Assembly (NCBI GenBank): GCA_965242965.1
Contig: OZ251518.1
Location: 3,552,001 to 3,616,000 of the forward strand
DNA: 64,000 bases
Direction of reading: 5' to 3'
DNA from: Candidatus Poribacteria bacterium
GTDB lineage: Bacteria > Poribacteria > WGA-4E > WGA-3G
Part shown: piece after piece, positions 21,513 to 31,508 of the stretch
Position numbering within the stretch: position 1 is the stretch's first letter
Layout of the letters: each line of letters begins with the position of its first letter
Translations under genes and position numbers: made by a program
The notes under the pieces: model-generated
What the model saw: only the letters and a program-made list of their open reading frames with translations
Database searches by the model: none
What the model was told of the DNA's origin: nothing

Positions 21513-22478
21513 TCAATACCACGCCGCCTTATTGACGACATTCTGCAACGGCTCACCTGCGGCGAACCGACGCGCGTTCTCTAAAAACACCTCAAACCGA
21601 CGCGCCGGGATGTTCGCCGCATCTTTCACGGCGATGTGCGGCGTGAGCAACACGTTCGGTAACTGCCACAGCGGACTCTCCGCCGGCAACGGCTCGATTT
21701 CAAACACGTCTAACCCGCACCCGGCGATGTTACCCTGCTGGAGAGCCGCAACCAGATCGGCGAGAATCATCGTCTTGCCGCGCCCGATGTTGATGAAATA
21801 GGCGGTGCGTTTCATTAACGCGAAGCGTTCTTTATTCCACATCCCCTCCGTTTCAGGCGTGTGCGGCGTGGTGGCGATGACAAAATCGGCACGCGGGAGG
21901 AGCTGACTCAGCTCCTGCGGCGGATGTTTCTCAACCGAAGGGACATCGTATTCCCACCTCGGGTCGGTGCCGATAACCTTCATGCCGAATGCGTTACAAA
22001 GCCGCGCCGTTTCCTGTCCGATGCCTCCAACACCGACAATCAACGCTGTCGCCTGCACCAGATCGATGTATCCGTGTTTTCGGGCATCTTTGTCCCAAAT
22101 TCGTTCGCGCTGCGCGTCCATATAGTAGGGCAAGCCGCGCGAAAGTGCCAGCACGAACATCATGATGTGCTGCGCGATGTGATCATTGTAGATACCGCGC
22201 GGGTTACAGACAACGACAGGGTGTTCGATCAATGCCGGGTAGTAGAAACCGGGAGAGGGCCCTGCGGCGGGACTCTGTAGCCAACGCAGGTTTTCGGCTA
22301 ACGGCAGTTGTTCCGGTGATACCCAGCCGTAGACAGCATCTGCATTGGGGAGGTGGGTCTGGACTTCGTCGTCTGTCCTCGGCAAGACGATGTCGTAAGT
22401 TGGCAATTCAGTTTGAATGCGGTGTGCCCAGTCCTGCGATTCTGCATTTTGGGGCGGCATGATGATTAATTTTGGCAT
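21513..22478 (-). CDS. D-2-hydroxyacid dehydrogenase
   Basis: GVGGIG Rossmann motif, INIGRG, LDVFEIEPLP, LLTPHIA. Confidence 0.93.
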   Translation of the reverse strand: MPKLIIMPPQNAESQDWAHRIQTELPTYDIVLPRTDDEVQTHLPNADAVYGWVSPEQLPLAENLRWLQSPAAGPSPGFYYPALIEHPVVVCNPRGIYNDHIAQHIMMFVLALSRGLPYYMDAQRERIWDKDARKHGYIDLVQATALIVGVGGIGQETARLCNAFGMKVIGTDPRWEYDVPSVEKHPPQELSQLLPRADFVIATTPHTPETEGMWNKERFALMKRTAYFINIGRGKTMILADLVAALQQGNIAGCGLDVFEIEPLPAESPLWQLPNVLLTPHIAVKDAANIPARRFEVFLENARRFAAGEPLQNVVNKAAWY

Positions 22479-22501
22479 GAGGGTTGCTCCTGTTTAACAA
22501 C

Positions 22502-23160
22502 AGTAGGAGAGACCTCCCGGTCTCGATTTCTTCGGGTAGGAGAGACCTCCCGGTCTCGATGTTCCCGTAGCGCGTGGGCCCTCGGATGCCACACGCGCAT
22601 CCGAGCGGGTTTCCCCCGCGATGGCTCAAGAACCGTTTTTTTTTCGTAGCGCGGGGGCCTGTCCCCCGCGATCTCCATCGACAAGAGATGACGTTTTAGG
22701 TCCTTTAGGACCTACATGTCTATAGAAACACGTGCCGGTCCCACGGCAAGGTCCTTTAGGTCCTTAATAAAAAACGCGCCGCATGGCAAAGCCTATTAAG
22801 GACCTAAAGGACCTTAGCATTCTTCGCGTCTGTGCGTGCTATAGACATTCAGGTCCTACAGACCTGAAGAGAACAAGAGACGTTTTTTCCGTAGCGTGAA
22901 CGATGGCGAGGGACAGGCCCTCGCCCTACGATGAAGGGGGACCTTCTGCCGCCGCGGCTCTGGTAGGCGCGCTGCCCTATTGCATCGAGACCAGGAGGTC
23001 TCGCCTACCGGGGAAACGGAAGCGTTTGAGGTTTCACGAAACCATTTTTGACAACAACGAGTTATGAAACACCCTCATTTAACGCTCGCGGGGGACAGGC
23101 CCCCGCGCTACGGTATCATTGAGAGATGCTTGTGGGGGACAGGCCCCCGCGCTACGGTAT
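22502..23160. repeat. REP mosaic with palindrome and terminal motif
   Basis: Palindrome at about 22690-22875; TATGAAACACCCTCATTTAA at about 23063-23082. Confidence 0.85.
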
Positions 23161-23283
23161 CATTGCACTGCATATTTTATCATGATTTCATAAGAAAGTC
23201 AAACGTTATATTGACATTATCTTTCGCGATGTGATACAATACATTAGCGACGCTGTCCCAGTAAGACCACTTAATAGGAGGAA

Positions 23284-24897
23284 ATGATGCGAACGTTTGA
23301 AACCCGAGGCCCTGTGAATCCCGAAAAGAATTACGTTGTTCGCCGAGAAGGAGAGTTGGCGGATTTCATCTGGCGCGTGAAAGAGGGCCGCTATATCGTC
23401 ATTTTCGCGCCGCGGCAGACAGGCAAGACGACCTTTTTCCGCGCCGCTCTCCAAACTCTCGCAGCGGAAGAACCTACCTATTTTCCGATCGAACTGAATT
23501 TCCAGGTGTATAAAAACGTCGCGCCGGATGCATTCTACGGCCGCGTTTACAGAAAGATTCGTCAGGAAATTGAGGGCGTTTTCCACCAGCGCGGGCAGCC
23601 GCTGTCTGATGCGCTAAGTCAATTTTTGGGGAACGGCTCGGTGCATGATCATCTTTCGCTGCTAGACTTCTTTGAGAACCTCGGAGGCCTCCTAGCACCG
23701 CATCGGGTTGTGCTCATCATTGACGAGTTTGATGGCATCCCATCCGCCGCCGTGAGCGATTTTCTGTATGCACTCCGTGACATCTATCACTCCAAGGCGG
23801 CTACTTCCTGTCCCTATAGCGTGGGCATTGTTGGGGTCAAAAACATTACGCAATTGAACTATGACAGGTCCATTTCGCCGTTCAATGTCCAAGATGAGTT
23901 TGGTTTGCCGAACTTCACGGTTGCACAGGTGGCGGAGCTCTTTGGACAATATACGTCAGAAGTCTGGCAGTCGTTCGCGCCAGAGGTTATTCAGACACTG
24001 CATCGGCAGACAGGTGGCCAACCGTTCCTTGTCAATCGACTTGCGCAAATGCTCACGGAGGAAATGGATATTCCAAATTCGGAGCCAATTGCGATGACGC
24101 ACTTCGCATCCGCACATCGGCAACTCCTTGAAGAAAGGAACGTCAACATCACACACCTGACTACCAATATCCGCAGGAATCCGCGCTTTCAACGCCGCCT
24201 GATGCAAATTACCTCCTACGATGAAAGCATCGGCTTCAATCTAGATGACGACATCCTTAGTGAACTTGCCACCTACGGTGTCATCGTGAGAGGCGAGGAC
24301 GGTATGTGTGAGATTGCCAACCCGATTTATCTCTACCGTATCCTACAAACGTTCCAACCGCTAATAAACGGACTTGAGGAAGAATACTACCCGCAAGACA
24401 CAGGCAACGGGTATCGCGATTATCTCACGCCGGCGGGACAGATTCATATAGTCGGGCTGCTGGATAATTTCCGAGATTTCATTGCGCGCGCGGGGTTCCG
24501 CATCCTAGCAGTGCCGGAAACACCACGAGAATACGTTGGACAGTGCCTCTTGTTTGCCTATCTGGACCAGTTTGTTCGGCAGGTGCGCGGCACTATGCAT
24601 CTAGAAGTGCAGACCGGGCGCGGCCGGGCAGATCTCGTCATTTTCCATCAAGGACAAAAACATATCGTGGAGACTAAACTCTGGCAAGGCGAAAAGAGTT
24701 ATCAAGTTGGTAAAGCGCAACTGTTCGCCTATCTCAAATTGGAAGCCGCGATGGAAGGCTACTATGTCGTCTTCGACCATCGCAGGCATCCTGTGCCGCG
24801 CGTGGAGACAGAGACGTTGGATGGGGTGACGCTTCGGAGTTACGTTATTCCGGTGGTGCAGGAGATGCCTTCTAGCGCGAGAATTGAAAACGCATAA
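23284..24897 (+). CDS. AAA-like ATPase with C-terminal PD-(D/E)xK nuclease-like domain (paralog 1)
   Basis: Walker A APRQTGKTT, Walker B IIDEFD, C-terminal EVQTGRGRADLV...VETK; TTGACA-18-TACAAT promoter at 23211-23240. Confidence 0.85.
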   Translation: MMRTFETRGPVNPEKNYVVRREGELADFIWRVKEGRYIVIFAPRQTGKTTFFRAALQTLAAEEPTYFPIELNFQVYKNVAPDAFYGRVYRKIRQEIEGVFHQRGQPLSDALSQFLGNGSVHDHLSLLDFFENLGGLLAPHRVVLIIDEFDGIPSAAVSDFLYALRDIYHSKAATSCPYSVGIVGVKNITQLNYDRSISPFNVQDEFGLPNFTVAQVAELFGQYTSEVWQSFAPEVIQTLHRQTGGQPFLVNRLAQMLTEEMDIPNSEPIAMTHFASAHRQLLEERNVNITHLTTNIRRNPRFQRRLMQITSYDESIGFNLDDDILSELATYGVIVRGEDGMCEIANPIYLYRILQTFQPLINGLEEEYYPQDTGNGYRDYLTPAGQIHIVGLLDNFRDFIARAGFRILAVPETPREYVGQCLLFAYLDQFVRQVRGTMHLEVQTGRGRADLVIFHQGQKHIVETKLWQGEKSYQVGKAQLFAYLKLEAAMEGYYVVFDHRRHPVPRVETETLDGVTLRSYVIPVVQEMPSSARIENA

Positions 24898-24917
24898 GCC
24901 TGGCGCGATACGCTCCC

Positions 24918-25265
24918 CGGTAGGAGAGTCCTCCCAGTCTTGATGCAATAGGGCGGCGCGCCTACCGGGGCCGCGGCAGCAGAAGGTCCCCCTTCATCGT
25001 AGGACGAGGGACAGGCCCTCGCCAGCGTCCGCGGAATCCAACGCGCGCGGGGGACAGGCCCCCGCACTACGAAAAAAACGTCTCTTAGGTCCGTAGGACC
25101 TTAATGTCTATAGCACGCGCGCCCGCGAAGAAGCCTAAGGTCCTTTAGGTCCTTAATAGGTTTTGCCAGGGCCGCGCGTTTTGTTATTAAGGACCTAAAG
25201 GACCTTGAAAACGGGCCGACACGTGCTGCTATAGACATGTAGGTCCTAAAGGACCTAAAACGTCC
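24918..25265. repeat. REP mosaic with about 185-bp palindrome
   Basis: Palindrome at about 25080-25265 plus GTAG hairpins. Confidence 0.85.
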
Positions 25266-25331
25266 TCTTGGGGAGTGCATGCTAAATCCATCGCCGGCTC
25301 GCGGGCGCACTTCTACTGCGCGTGGTCCTGT

Positions 25332-25395
25332 TTTCGCGAAAATGGAATTCCCTCACATTTTTAAGTTGACATTTTAACAGAAAATGTGATAAAAT
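25332..25395 (+). promoter_or_regulatory. Promoter module (copy 1) with an inverted repeat over the -35/spacer
   Basis: TTGACA 25366-25371, TGnTAAAAT 25387-25395; ACATTTT-N5-AAAATGT dyad; near-duplicate at 26295-26358. Confidence 0.7.
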
Positions 25396-25476
25396 ACCAT
25401 AAATGGCAAAGAGGAAACCGGTTGACTCACCGTAGGTTGCTTGGTTTCCATTTTTCTTCAAAGGAGGTGAAAACTT

Positions 25477-26196
25477 GTGAGTGTGGATACGATATTCCCC
25501 AAACTATTTGAACTGCTACCAGATGCAGGTCATTTATTAAGTCTTCAACCGGAGGAACTTGCCGGACCGCTTTTAATCTCTTTAGATGGCAGCGATTACA
25601 TAGAGCCGTTTGCGATTATATCCTTCGATCTTATCCAGAAATACCCGGCTAAGCATGAACAGGACATTCTCTTTGCGCTCATGGAAGCTTGGCAGTGGTT
25701 GGAACGTGAAGGGTTTGTTGCGCCTAGACCGAACGGATCTTCCACCAGGTCCTACTTCGTTACCAGACGCGGCAAGGCCATTGAGACCACCGAGGCTTTA
25801 GAGGTTTATCGCAAGGGAAACCTGTTGCCTAAACGTCAACTTCACCCTACAATCGCTCAAAAGGTATGGTCGCTGTTTTTACGGGGTGACTATGATATTG
25901 CTGTTCTTCAAGCCTTTAAAGAGGTTGAGGTTGCTGTCCGCGAAGCATGCGGATATGCAGACACGGAGTTAGGGGTTAGTTTAATGCGTAAAGCGTTTGG
26001 CGACAAAGGCCCTTTGACAGACCTTAAGCAGCCGCCTGCAGAACGGGAGGCGAGAGCGCATCTATTTGCTGGCGCGATTGGGGCATATAAGAATCCCGGT
26101 AGTCACCGAGATGTTGACCCTACAGCGGAAGAGGCGGCTGAAGTTATAATTTTCGCAAGCCATCTTCTTCGGATTGTTGATTCGCGCAGAGAATAG
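25477..26196 (+). CDS. TIGR02391-like protein
   Basis: LHPTI...AVLQAFKEVEVAVR...GVSLMRKAF...LFAGAIGAYKNPGSH; AGGAGG RBS before GTG. Confidence 0.8.
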   Translation: MSVDTIFPKLFELLPDAGHLLSLQPEELAGPLLISLDGSDYIEPFAIISFDLIQKYPAKHEQDILFALMEAWQWLEREGFVAPRPNGSSTRSYFVTRRGKAIETTEALEVYRKGNLLPKRQLHPTIAQKVWSLFLRGDYDIAVLQAFKEVEVAVREACGYADTELGVSLMRKAFGDKGPLTDLKQPPAEREARAHLFAGAIGAYKNPGSHRDVDPTAEEAAEVIIFASHLLRIVDSRRE

Positions 26197-26294
26197 GTTT
26201 CGCGGACTGAAAAGTCGGGACTGGGACGTGCCTACTACAAGATAAGGGTTGGCAGCAACCCAAATCTGTTCCACATTTCTTAATGGATAACAGA

Positions 26295-26358
26295 TTTCGC
26301 GAAAATTGCATCCCTTCACATTTTTTACTGGACATTTTAACAGGAAATGTGGTATAAT
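26295..26358 (+). promoter_or_regulatory. Promoter module (copy 2)
   Basis: TGGACA-18-TATAAT (26329-26358); homologous to 25332-25395. Confidence 0.65.
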
Positions 26359-26745
26359 TCGCTAAAGTTTGGCAGTTGATGCCGCACTCCACACTCGGCG
26401 CGCCGTTTTCGAGGTGTCTCTCGCGCAAAGATGGTTGACGCAAGTTGTGGATTTTCGATAAAATATGAGTGCAGATGACATATCAACGAAAAACAGCATT
26501 AGTTTTTTCTTGCTATTTTTCGCGCGTTTATGATATGCTATCTGATACGTTATCAATTACGTGTGTTCGTGGCGGCCGCGTCGATAGGCGGTACTCGGAC
26601 ACTACCGATACGGATGAACTCGCACACAACGACGGAGGCAGTCAATTTGCAGACGAAATCCGTGGCATGCGGTGCTGCAACTCCTGAAGAGTTTGTTCGT
26701 GAGACAGACTATTTTTCACGTAATCTGGAAGCCGCAGGAACTGAT

Positions 26746-29346
26746 ATGACACCTGAAGGAATAGTGGTCGAGGAAGTGGTTAACTACTTCTCCGAGACGA
26801 AGTTCCAAAAGTTCTCGATCGAGACAGAATATCCGATTCAGATGGGCTCTGATAACCGGAGAGCCGATGTTGTGCTTATAGATAGCGCGGATAACGCGGA
26901 TAACCTCGTCGCCATTGCTGAATGCAAGCGGGTCGGGGTGGAAGGGCAGGGACTGGATCAGTTAAGGTCTTACCTCAGCGCAACGGATACGCGTTTCGGG
27001 ATATTCGCCAATAGCACATATCCTGCTGCTTGGGATTTTTACGAGAACTTGGGGCGGAATCAGGTTAGCCTTATGACGCGCTCTGAGTTTGAGGAGCGAG
27101 TCGTTAACGGTGAAAATAACCGTGCTCAACCAGATCCGCAATCGGTTCGTTCCGGTTCAACTAAACATTTTGTCAATAAGGGAGGGACTATGAAAATTCG
27201 ACCGACCCTGTATGTCGGCCTTGGGACAACAGGGACAAAAATTCTCAATCATCTCCGAGATCTCAATCATCAAGAATACGGTCAAGCAGGGCTTCCCATT
27301 TTCAGATATATCTCAATTGAAACGGATGGTAGCAAGGATGGGAAAGTATCCTCAATTGACGATGATGGCATCCGCATTGAGTATGATAAAGATGGTGTAC
27401 CCGTAACCGTTGAGTCCGAACTTCGCCCGACTCCTTACGAAGTTAATCACGTGATCCATACACCTATTCCCAATCCAGAATCCATTCATGAGAGGATAAA
27501 TCCGAAGAGTTCAGTGTATGACAAGCACCTCGCCGAATGGTTGGACGCAAATATATTGAACCTTGATGCTGTGCGCCGACCTGGCGGTGCTGGCAACATC
27601 CGGATGGTAGGCCGACTCTCACTCTGGGAAAATTGGAATCAAGGGAACCTCGTGTATCAACGTTTCAGGACAGCCTATGATGCTATTTGGGAAGCAGACA
27701 ATAAGCAACAAGCGAGTACCTTCCTAGAACGTCATTTTGGAGCGGAAGTTACCGTTGATGAAAAAAACCGCAATGTCTTTATCGTCGGTACTCTATGCGG
27801 TGGAACATGTAGCGGAATGCTCGTTGATATTGCTTACTATTTCCGGCAGATTGCAAAAGAAGCTTCAACGATTAATACCTACGTTTACGGACTTTTTACG
27901 ATGCACGACGAAGCACTCGCGTCAGGGGGTGACTCTGCAGTCTTGTTAGCGAACTGTTATGCTAGCCTCGTTGAGTTGGATTACTATAAACGTGATGCAA
28001 CTGAGTATCGTATCACTCTTCCTGGTGGGACTGACTTCCGCACCAAAAATTCCCCATTTGATATTGCTACTTTTCTTTCAGCAACCAATATGGCCGGTGA
28101 AAGATTTGTCGATCCAAATGGCTTATTCGTTCAAGATGAACTTGATCGGATGGTAGCCGCGGACTTGTTTGTTCGAACTCTCGGAATGGATGCCCTCATT
28201 GACGCTGATCTCGTTAATGCGACTGCCGCTTCAGATCTCCAGTTTGAAGCTTTAAGGAACGTAGGTGGCGAAACAGAAAAAGGCTCTTTCGTGCAGTACA
28301 TGTTTAGTTCTGGTTTGAAAAAAGTCTGGTTGCCTAAGGAGAAAATTGTTAGGTTGGCTGCGACGGAATTCATTAAACACCGTCGCTCGGAATGGAGAGA
28401 AAGTCAGCCTGCAACTTCATCCGATTCCGCCGTGTTGGTTCAGGACATTTTAAGAGGCATCAGGCGGAGTCTCAATAAAACGCTGACTGAGCCGCTTACG
28501 CCGTTAACGAACAATCTTGATGGCATCAACTCGGATAACTATCTGCCTGAAGCTCAGAGATGCTTAACGGCTTTTATCAATGGGGGTGAACGCTACAACC
28601 TCGTTAATGGAAATAGACTTGATTCCTTGACACAAGCTGTTGGAATCCTTAAAGATGCGGTCCGCAGTTTTGAAGGCACATCCCAGATGTTTCCTAAGAA
28701 GGTTTATCTCACGCGAATTGAGGAACTTCTGCAAGCCGAATTGAGGGATTCCAAATACCCGGATAACCTTGATTCGCGGGACGACATTCTAATATTTATC
28801 ACTGAAGCGGAGAACAGTGCCGAGCAAAAATCCAGGTTTGGCCGAGACACGTTCAATCTGCCAGGTTTCAAGGGGGCAATCTTGCAACAACAAGAGGAGT
28901 TGAACACGCGATTGATTAACTTCTTTGTTAAGGGTATTCTGAATGACCTGCGGAGCGAAGTGCGAAAATGGCTCCAGAGTCTGGAAAGGGAAATAAACGA
29001 GATTGAATCAAAATTCAACTCGGTTATTTGGGTCTTTGACGACCCGTCCGAAATTGAAAAGCAGGCAGCGGATGACTTTGTTTCAGAAATTCTTCAACGT
29101 GAGTCTAGCACTCCAAGTGTTGAGGAACTGATTCGCGTATTGCGCAAGACAGAAGCTGCTGGTCTTCATTGGCACATACGGAATGAGTTGAGACCTGCTT
29201 TTAACGGTATCGCGCCAGATCTAATGCTAGAATTTGACGAAGAAGCTGTCAGACGTTCTCGTCCCTATCAGACTTTTACGCCTAACTACATGGAAAACTA
29301 TAGGCTAAGGTTTGAACGGAGCGGCGGCGAGATTCGGCTATTTTGA
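26746..29346 (+). CDS. HsdR-N-like PD-(D/E)xK nuclease domain fused in frame to a tubulin/FtsZ-like (Tubulin_2) protein; ends at an in-frame TGA
   Basis: RRADVV...IAECK...QLRSY...FGIFAN; internal GGAGGG + ATG at 27190 (MKIRPTLYVGLGTTG); GAGNIRMVGRL; signature GTLCGGTCSG at about 27787-27816. Confidence 0.78.
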   Translation: MTPEGIVVEEVVNYFSETKFQKFSIETEYPIQMGSDNRRADVVLIDSADNADNLVAIAECKRVGVEGQGLDQLRSYLSATDTRFGIFANSTYPAAWDFYENLGRNQVSLMTRSEFEERVVNGENNRAQPDPQSVRSGSTKHFVNKGGTMKIRPTLYVGLGTTGTKILNHLRDLNHQEYGQAGLPIFRYISIETDGSKDGKVSSIDDDGIRIEYDKDGVPVTVESELRPTPYEVNHVIHTPIPNPESIHERINPKSSVYDKHLAEWLDANILNLDAVRRPGGAGNIRMVGRLSLWENWNQGNLVYQRFRTAYDAIWEADNKQQASTFLERHFGAEVTVDEKNRNVFIVGTLCGGTCSGMLVDIAYYFRQIAKEASTINTYVYGLFTMHDEALASGGDSAVLLANCYASLVELDYYKRDATEYRITLPGGTDFRTKNSPFDIATFLSATNMAGERFVDPNGLFVQDELDRMVAADLFVRTLGMDALIDADLVNATAASDLQFEALRNVGGETEKGSFVQYMFSSGLKKVWLPKEKIVRLAATEFIKHRRSEWRESQPATSSDSAVLVQDILRGIRRSLNKTLTEPLTPLTNNLDGINSDNYLPEAQRCLTAFINGGERYNLVNGNRLDSLTQAVGILKDAVRSFEGTSQMFPKKVYLTRIEELLQAELRDSKYPDNLDSRDDILIFITEAENSAEQKSRFGRDTFNLPGFKGAILQQQEELNTRLINFFVKGILNDLRSEVRKWLQSLEREINEIESKFNSVIWVFDDPSEIEKQAADDFVSEILQRESSTPSVEELIRVLRKTEAAGLHWHIRNELRPAFNGIAPDLMLEFDEEAVRRSRPYQTFTPNYMENYRLRFERSGGEIRLF

Positions 29347-30003
29347 TATTTGCACACCAACCAGCACAAATCGGAAGATGCCTCTAGGCTGAGGTCGAGT
29401 GCACAGGTTGACTCCAAAGATTTCCCAATCCGGAATCTCCGCGTCCTTTATCAGATGGAAGCCGGTTATACTCTGGATGACCTTGGGGTAGTTGAACACC
29501 TCAAAACCGAATATGATACCGCTCTGTCAAAATACATAGAGCACGGAGGTTTTCCTATCCATATTCATAAGGATCCGGACGAGTTCAACGTAGATGCAAT
29601 TCACCGGGCCGCAGAAGTTGAGACTCTCTGGAGAGCTATTCGAGAATTACTCGGTTTAATTCGTGAGTCATATCCCGATCGATTCGGGCATGTCTTACTA
29701 CCTAATGGAAGCCTTAACGAAAATAGCGCATTCCCTGTTGGCGAATTGGCAGCTAGAATTCAAGGAAAAAGAATTGCATCGACTTTTATTGATGACAACG
29801 CGGGACACGAGGAATTGGCCCGAAATGCCGAGGCATGTGCTAACTTTGTTAGTGCGACCCGGACCGAGTTTAAAAATCTTCAAGAGGAATCGCCTTCCCT
29901 CAGTGCTCTGATTAACGAGTTCAACGCACAGATTGAGGATAACGTGGCACGTCAAAAGAGCGAACAATTCTATGATGAGCTGCTAAAGTCTCTTGAAAAA
30001 TGA
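29347..30003 (+). CDS. C-terminal continuation of the tubulin-like protein, same frame after the single TGA
   Basis: TTT TGA TAT TTG keeps frame; no SD before TTG 29350; LYQMEAGYTLDDL...Y...FPIHIHK resembles C-termini of this family. Confidence 0.6.
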   Translation, partial: YLHTNQHKSEDASRLRSSAQVDSKDFPIRNLRVLYQMEAGYTLDDLGVVEHLKTEYDTALSKYIEHGGFPIHIHKDPDEFNVDAIHRAAEVETLWRAIRELLGLIRESYPDRFGHVLLPNGSLNENSAFPVGELAARIQGKRIASTFIDDNAGHEELARNAEACANFVSATRTEFKNLQEESPSLSALINEFNAQIEDNVARQKSEQFYDELLKSLEK

Positions 30004-30113
30004 GTCTAGTCTTCTCGCTGAGCCGCCGAAACGGACACGCCGCAGGACTCTCCTTTCCCTCAATTCGCGAGCGGAAAGGAGAGTCCCCGCGCGGCACCGA
30101 TTGCCGAACCGCC

Positions 30114-31508
30114 ATGGAAACCCCACTCCAAATCGCTTTTGATAAAGGCACCCTCATCCTCCAACACATCCCAGAAGCACTCCAGCCGCACTTGGCAGAA
30201 CTCCGCTGGGACGAGCGCACGCTCACCTATCGCGCACCTGCCTATCGCTATCGACAGATTATCTCGCAACTGCTGGCGCATAACATCCCCTATCAAGATA
30301 ATGCACGCCAGTTTACCGTCGAACCGTTTGTGCTCCAAAAGACGTTGCCTCCCTATCCTTACCAGACCGAGGCAGTTGACGCATGGCACGCCAACGGCAA
30401 GCGCGGCGTGATTAGTCTCCCTACAGGGGCCGGCAAGACCTTCATCGCCGTGATGCTTATCGCCGATACGCAACGTCCCACGCTTGTGCATGTGCCCACC
30501 ATCGATCTGATGCATCAGTGGTATACTGTGCTTCGCGAGTATTTCGGCACCGAGGTGGGGCTTTATGGCGGCGGTTATCACGAATTGGCATCGCTCACCG
30601 TGACGACGTATCAGTCGGCAGTCATGCACGCGCCCCATTACGGCAATCGATTCGGTCTGGCGATTTTTGACGAGTGCCATCACCTCCCCGGTCAGCAGTA
30701 TCAGTATACGGCTATCAGTAGCATCGCGCCGTTTCGGCTAGGTTTAACGGCAACGCCTGAACGGACAGATGGCGGGGAGACCCGGTTGTATTCCCTCGTC
30801 GGCGAGTGTTGTTATGAGGCGAAGGTGCAGGAGCTCTCTGGCAAGACGTTATCGCCGTATCGCGTCGTCACGATTGCGGTTGAGATGGAGGACACGGAGC
30901 GGGTGCGTTATGAGGCGGCGCGCCTCACTTATCTCGATTTCCTCAAGAAGGCGAACATTAATATGGGCGCGGGACGTGGATGGCAGACGTTCCTCTGGAA
31001 ATCGTCTCAAACGGTGGCGGGACGCGAGGCGTTCAAGGCGTATCTAACACAGAAGCAGCTCAGTTTCGCATCGACGAAGAAGCAGGAGTGGGTGTGGAAG
31101 TTAATCCAGCGGCACCGCGGCGACCGGATGCTCATTTTCACACAGGATAATAATACCGCGTATCAACTCGGCGTGCGGTTTTTTCTGCCGGTGCTGACGC
31201 ATCAGACGAAGTTGAAGGAGCGGAACGCCTTTTTGGAGAATTTCCGCAACGGCACGTATTCTATCCTCGTTACGTCGAAAGTGCTCAATGAGGGGGTGGA
31301 TGTGCCGGAGGCGAACGTGGCTATCATCGTATCGGGGAGTGGGAGTGTGCGCGAACATGTGCAGCGGTTGGGACGTATCTTGCGGAAACGTGAGGGGAAG
31401 CAGGCGGTGCTTTACGAACTCATCTCCAAGGAAACGGGTGAACATTTTGTGAATAAACGGCGGCGGCGACATCATGCTTACGAAGGACCTGGTTCGGTAT
31501 CACATTGA
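30114..31508 (+). CDS. XPB/Rad25-like SF2 DEAD/DEAH helicase
   Basis: LPTGAGKT, DECHH, LGLTATPER, NEGVDVP, QRLGRILR. Confidence 0.92.
   Translation: METPLQIAFDKGTLILQHIPEALQPHLAELRWDERTLTYRAPAYRYRQIISQLLAHNIPYQDNARQFTVEPFVLQKTLPPYPYQTEAVDAWHANGKRGVISLPTGAGKTFIAVMLIADTQRPTLVHVPTIDLMHQWYTVLREYFGTEVGLYGGGYHELASLTVTTYQSAVMHAPHYGNRFGLAIFDECHHLPGQQYQYTAISSIAPFRLGLTATPERTDGGETRLYSLVGECCYEAKVQELSGKTLSPYRVVTIAVEMEDTERVRYEAARLTYLDFLKKANINMGAGRGWQTFLWKSSQTVAGREAFKAYLTQKQLSFASTKKQEWVWKLIQRHRGDRMLIFTQDNNTAYQLGVRFFLPVLTHQTKLKERNAFLENFRNGTYSILVTSKVLNEGVDVPEANVAIIVSGSGSVREHVQRLGRILRKREGKQAVLYELISKETGEHFVNKRRRRHHAYEGPGSVSH

Noticed and set aside
29344-29400. Selenocysteine recoding of the in-frame TGA
   Set aside because: No evident SECIS hairpin directly 3' of the codon, and no redox-motif context.
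25300-30100. Integron cassette array or prophage explaining the AT-richer island
   Set aside because: No integrase, no recognisable attC sites, no phage structural genes and no flanking direct repeats were found by eye.
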